Below are positions 8,018 through 11,497 of a stretch of 11,497 nucleotides of DNA, piece after piece. Both the position numbers and the translations under genes were made by a program. Source of the stretch: Candidatus Heimdallarchaeota archaeon (GTDB taxonomy: Archaea; Asgardarchaeota; Heimdallarchaeia; Hodarchaeales; Hodarchaeaceae); assembly GCA_019057635.1 (NCBI GenBank), contig DXJL01000029.1, forward strand, positions 1 through 11,497, written 5' to 3'. The notes under the pieces were generated by a model, which did not search any database, was not told where the DNA came from, and was given only the letters and a program-made list of their open reading frames with translations. Every line of letters starts with the position of its first letter. Position 1 is the stretch's first letter.

Positions 8018-8335
8018 ATGTTCTGGCGAAGAGAAATGGGCCGATATATGGATGAAATGCTAGTAATCGAAACAGATGAGGAAATGACAACTGAAAGTCA
8101 TCCTCATGAAATAATCTCTAGTTTTACAAATCAAACCGACTTAAAAGTATTTACTGCATTAAAAGAACACCAACCAGCCACACGCATGGAATTGTGCGAT
8201 AAAACAGGAATAGCTCGAACGACAATTTATGATGCCCTAACAAGACTAATGGTCCTGAAAGTCGTGACAAAATATTCACCCCCTGTCAGTAAAAAAGGTC
8301 GACCCAAAGTATTTTATCGAACTATCTCAGAATAA
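8018..8335 (+). CDS. TrmB-like stand-alone winged-helix DNA-binding protein (paralog B)
   Basis: QPATRMELCDKTGIARTTIYDALTRL HTH and KGRPKVFY wing; 30/61 ungapped identities to paralog A. Start uncertain (several downstream in-frame ATGs). Confidence 0.88.
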   Translation: MFWRREMGRYMDEMLVIETDEEMTTESHPHEIISSFTNQTDLKVFTALKEHQPATRMELCDKTGIARTTIYDALTRLMVLKVVTKYSPPVSKKGRPKVFYRTISE

Positions 8336-8407
8336 ACGCTTGATCGTTATTTTCATCATTTCGGGGTATTTAACGAGACAATTCAGATAGAATATTTTAT
8401 CCCCACC

Positions 8408-8626
8408 ATGGATATCTCTCCCAATCAAAATACACGTATCGATGACAGTAGTGGTGACTACTCCCAGTTACTGAGAGAAGCATTTAACCCAGAAAATCTC
8501 AAACAATGCGAACTATCCCAAGAAAAAACATATTTAATTGAGAGACCAAAGGGAAGAAAACTTGGAAAAGAAACGAACGAAAAAAATCACATAAACCTGG
8601 TTAGAGTGAAATCCAGGAGGGAATGA
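8408..8626 (+). CDS. Hypothetical small hydrophilic protein (72 aa)
   Basis: ATG-started ORF co-oriented with and just downstream of paralog B, with a double stop (TGA TAA). No recognisable motif or SD. Confidence 0.3.
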   Translation: MDISPNQNTRIDDSSGDYSQLLREAFNPENLKQCELSQEKTYLIERPKGRKLGKETNEKNHINLVRVKSRRE

Positions 8627-8656
8627 TAAGGAAAGATCGAGGGGAAATAGAAACTC

Positions 8657-8671
8657 ATTCATATGGTAAGA
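8657..8671 (-). repeat. Dispersed motif copy 2 (TCTTACCATATGAAT on minus strand)
   Basis: ATTCATATGGTAAGA is the exact reverse complement of 9028-9042. Confidence 0.88.
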
Positions 8672-8748
8672 TCCCTTAAAAGGTTGAGGCGAAAGGAGCA
8701 TGTTATGACGAATTCCCACACCCGCTCTGGTTGCCAGTCCAACCCGAC

Positions 8749-8763
8749 TATATATATATATAT
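8749..8763. repeat. (TA)7 dinucleotide tract
   Basis: TATATATATATATAT, with shorter TATATATA runs near 8781 and 8816. Confidence 0.8.
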
Positions 8764-8769
8764 TCTATT

Positions 8770-8780
8770 TCTTACCATAT
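8770..8780 (+). repeat. Dispersed motif copy 3 (TCTTACCATAT)
   Basis: Perfect 11-mer core. Confidence 0.8.
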
Positions 8781-8964
8781 TATATATACCATCATATCAT
8801 GATAGTACCTCTTTTTATATATACACATTTCACGAAATTTCACTTCTTCGGGGTACTACTTGGTAGATAACACCTCTCAGGCCTTTTTTCCACTCTTAAA
8901 ATTTTTAGTCGTTGGAAAATGCTTAATGGACAGGTTTCGCTTTTCGCATAGCTAGCCGTAGATA

Positions 8965-8984
8965 TTCCATCGGAAATGTGGGGG
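8965..8984 (+). promoter_or_regulatory. Isolated ORB-like element
   Basis: TTCCATCGGAAATGTGGGGG has the same TTCCA-N2-GGAAAT-N2-GGGGG layout as 7597-7616 (16/20 identical). Confidence 0.65.
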
Positions 8985-8992
8985 TGGTGGTT

Positions 8993-9025
8993 TGAAAAAT
9001 ATTTCACCTTATGAAAAATATTTCA
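8993..9025. repeat. Tandem pair of quasi-palindromic 14-mers TGAAAAATATTTCA
   Basis: Exact copies at 8993-9006 and 9012-9025 (19-bp period); each is TGAAA-N4-TTTCA. Confidence 0.8.
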
Positions 9026-9027
9026 AT

Positions 9028-9045
9028 TCTTACCATATGAATATA
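9028..9045 (+). repeat. Dispersed motif copy 4 (TCTTACCATATGAATATA)
   Basis: 17/18 identical to the copy at 11261. Confidence 0.88.
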
Positions 9046-9240
9046 CTTTTTCCTCCATTCTCTAGCTTCTTTTTTTCTACCTGCAGATAATCTTTCTCCT
9101 ATTTTCCAATATTCTAACCTAATATTCAACATTGTTTTCTAGTTTTTGCTTTAGATAATATATCTAAACAATCTGATCTTGATCTCTGTCAGAATAGTTT
9201 TTTTACATCAAACATCAAAGACTCCCTTGGAGACTATACG

Positions 9241-10059
9241 ATGTCTAGCAGATGTAAAACACATGAAGAAAATGCTACAGCCTTAGAAGTAGAAAATCCA
9301 AGCTCTGCTTTTGAATTGTACAAAAGAGCTGCAAAGTGTTTTGGTAAAGATAATGATGTAAAAAGTGGTAGGAAATGTCTCGAAAAAGCGGTAAAATTAC
9401 TTCAAAATACAGACAATAGTAATGAAAATATATTCCAAACTTTGGAAAAGTATACTAGTGTTTCCGAAATTTATAATCAGATTGGTAAACCATCAGAATC
9501 AGAAAAAGTGATGAAAAACGTTTATAAGAAATTCATTGACCTGGTTAAGAGTATTAGATCAGAAGTTAAGGGGTTGGAAGATCCCTATTCTTCAGAAAAA
9601 AGGTTAACATTAGCAGCAGCTTATGCTAAAGCAGCAAATGATCATAATTTGAGAAAAGCGTGCTGGGTGGATCTAGGTGATAAATTTCGAGAGAAAGCAA
9701 CTAAAATTTCCAATCCTCGGCAAGCATTAGAATTGTATCTTCAAGCGGCTAAGAAATATAATAAAGGGGATAATAAGAAATTAGTAAATGAGATGTATAA
9801 AGAAGCTGCCAACAATTTTACCAGAAGGGGAAATCAGATTGAAAAATCCAAGAAGGATCTAATTATGGCAATTGAGAATTATAGACAGGCTGCAATTTTA
9901 AATAACATGGCTGATAATAAAAAAGCCGCAACAGCAATGAGTGAAAAACTCGAAGAATTATGTGAGATTATTGGTTTTCCTCAAAATCATGTTTTTGACT
10001 ATTTAGAAAAGGAATTAGGGTTTTCAGACGTAAGTGTCATCATTGATGAGCATTCTTGA
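9241..10059 (+). CDS. Alpha-helical repeat protein, SNAP/TPR-like
   Basis: Recurring unit: SAFELYKRAAKCF, QALELYLQAAKKY, MAIENYRQAAIL, plus degenerate QTLEKYTSVSEIY. K/E/A-rich; GGAG 8 nt upstream of the ATG. Confidence 0.7.
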   Translation: MSSRCKTHEENATALEVENPSSAFELYKRAAKCFGKDNDVKSGRKCLEKAVKLLQNTDNSNENIFQTLEKYTSVSEIYNQIGKPSESEKVMKNVYKKFIDLVKSIRSEVKGLEDPYSSEKRLTLAAAYAKAANDHNLRKACWVDLGDKFREKATKISNPRQALELYLQAAKKYNKGDNKKLVNEMYKEAANNFTRRGNQIEKSKKDLIMAIENYRQAAILNNMADNKKAATAMSEKLEELCEIIGFPQNHVFDYLEKELGFSDVSVIIDEHS

Positions 10060-10216
10060 TCTGCAGTTCTTTGACAAGACTTCCGCGCAACACAGGTGGA
10101 ACTCTGGAAATACACATTGAAAATAATACTACCAAGCCTGTAATTTGTCTTCCGAGTCTTTCCCTTTATTCATGAGAGAGGCCAATTTCATTCGTCGTAG
10201 AAACTTGATGACAAGT

Positions 10217-10254
10217 TCTTACCATATGAGTAAATTAATAATTCATTTGATTTC
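10217..10254 (+). repeat. Dispersed motif copy 5, long 38-bp form
   Basis: TCTTACCATATGAGTAAATTAATAATTCATTTGATTTC; 35/38 identical to 11261-11298. Confidence 0.92.
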
Positions 10255-10341
10255 AGATGGTTTTTATATCGCGCATCGTAGAGGAACCGGCTTAGCACCT
10301 GAAAACACCGTCTCTAGATAGAAGAATCAATGTGAAAATAC

Positions 10342-11151
10342 GTGGAGATAGCAGTAATATATTTTTCAGGAACGGGAGTCACAGAAGGTTACGCGGAAAT
10401 AATTGCCCGTGAATTGGAGCACCAGGGAGCGAATGTCGCATTGCATAATATCACGAGTTTGCAAAAGCGTAAGAAATCAGTGATTTTTGAGCAATATGAT
10501 GCCTTGATTTTTGGTTTTCCCGTTTATGGAGGGTGGCTTCCTAATGTTGCAGAATCTTGGCTTTCTGGTCTAACAGGAACTCAACGGGTGGCCATGTACT
10601 TCACTTACGGAGGCCGCGACCTGGAATATGCCCATCAAACTGGCTTTTACTTGCTCTCTCAAGCAAAGTTCGTTGTTATTTTATCCGCTGAATTTTTAGG
10701 AAAACATTCATTTAACGTTGCGAAAGGATGGAATTTAGCAGCTGATCGTCCTAACGATCAAGATGTGTTGGTGGCCAAGCAATTTGCAAAAGAATGTTTT
10801 GAACGCTTTCAAAAAGAGTCTATTAGATGGAGTTATGATTTAACGAATTTTTCTTACCGTCTAAGAGTCACAAAAGAAATTGATGGTCCTTTTGCCATTT
10901 TTCTCCCCTCTAAATCTCAAGATTGTCGTATGTGTTATCGATGTGAAAATGAATGTCCCACAAATGCGTTTAACCTCACATTAGGACAAGCTACTAATGG
11001 GATATGTATAAGCTGTATGCATTGTGTTTTTATCTGCCCTGATGAGGTAATTGAGGTTGGTGATGCCACTAAACTATTTCAACATTTTGGAACTCAACTA
11101 AAATTAACCCACGAGAAGGTTATAAACAAAAAAAGCAGAATAATCTATTGA
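10342..11151 (+). CDS. EFR1-family flavodoxin-ferredoxin fusion (flavodoxin fold plus 2x[4Fe-4S])
   Basis: YFSGTGVT FMN loop, FGFPVYGG, FTYGGRD, and two CxxCxxCxxxCP motifs (CRMCYRCENECP, CISCMHCVFICP). Confidence 0.9.
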   Translation: MEIAVIYFSGTGVTEGYAEIIARELEHQGANVALHNITSLQKRKKSVIFEQYDALIFGFPVYGGWLPNVAESWLSGLTGTQRVAMYFTYGGRDLEYAHQTGFYLLSQAKFVVILSAEFLGKHSFNVAKGWNLAADRPNDQDVLVAKQFAKECFERFQKESIRWSYDLTNFSYRLRVTKEIDGPFAIFLPSKSQDCRMCYRCENECPTNAFNLTLGQATNGICISCMHCVFICPDEVIEVGDATKLFQHFGTQLKLTHEKVINKKSRIIY

Positions 11152-11260
11152 AATTGGTTTTTACTGACTTTGGTATTGAGACTGGTTTCCAAACGGTACT
11201 TCTTCTCCTTTTAGTTGATGTGAATTATGAAAGGTTGCTCCATTGGGCAGATATTTTTGA

Positions 11261-11298
11261 TCTTACCATATGAGTATATTAATAATTCATGAGATTTC
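11261..11298 (+). repeat. Dispersed motif copy 6, long 38-bp form
   Basis: TCTTACCATATGAGTATATTAATAATTCATGAGATTTC; 35/38 identical to 10217-10254. Confidence 0.92.
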
Positions 11299-11497
11299 GA
11301 GTGATATTCATGACTAAATTTGTCAAACAACGCAGTAAAACCGCGTTCTGGACAGGATGAGTCACACATCCACTATCCGGCAGGTTAGCAACACGAAAAT
11401 GTATACTATCAATTGGAACCACTTGGGAAGCAGGATGAAAACACTGAAGAATCTTCCGAGCCACGGTATAATCGGCAATTCCCACCCCTTACAGGAA
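11279..11497 (-). pseudogene. Possible degraded C-terminus of an agmatine/peptidylarginine deiminase-family gene
   Basis: ADYTVARKILQCFHPASQVVPIDS...SGCVTHP resembles the family's terminal 'D..A..IL...FP...VV.ID......GG..HC.T..P' segment. In-frame TAA at 11489-11491 upstream. Runs to the window edge. Confidence 0.35.

Noticed and set aside
6261-8306. Shared AGGTCGACCC at 6261 and 8297
   Set aside because: Encodes the conserved GRP wing in both wHTH paralogs, so it is a coding constraint.
8534-8866. ORFs 8534-8719 (-) and 8663-8866 (+)
   Set aside because: Run through the motif copies and the (TA)n tract (IYIYI); likely spurious.
9094-9113. Weak inverted ORB partner for the 8965 site
   Set aside because: Only about 11/20 match and lacks the TTCC arm.
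10202-10217. Hairpin AACTTG-ATGA-CAAGTT adjoining motif copy 5
   Set aside because: Not shared by the other copies; a 6-bp stem is expected by chance.
5451-11298. CRISPR or classical attC interpretation of the dispersed repeats
   Set aside because: Spacing is irregular (0.1-3 kb) with mixed orientation, there are no cas genes, and there are no RYYYAAC/GTTRRRY-bounded hairpins.

Overview
AT-rich archaeal window, most consistent with an Asgard archaeon. This is inferred from a eukaryote-type STT3/AglB, PolD DP1, Orc1/Cdc6 and a SNAP-like helical protein, and is not verified. The left part (1-4927) is core housekeeping: the 3' part of aglB/STT3, a divergent DP1 and a convergent cdc6. Next come a DUF6788-like Cys/His protein and two apparently broken genes. 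The centre holds a candidate replication origin (ORB - 150 bp ~83% AT tract - inverted ORB, 7596-7787). It is embedded in a dense, strand-switching GTGAA/TTCAC array and flanked by three small winged-helix genes, two of them mirror-image paralogs. The 11-mer TCTTACCATAT occurs six times perfectly between the well-supported genes. It brackets single accessory genes (SNAP-like, flavodoxin-ferredoxin) as direct repeats of up to 38 bp, and it brackets an ORB-containing segment as a 15-bp inverted repeat, suggesting a cassette/recombination or regulon system. No recombinase, transposase, CRISPR array or RNA gene was recognised. All counts and alignments were done by hand.
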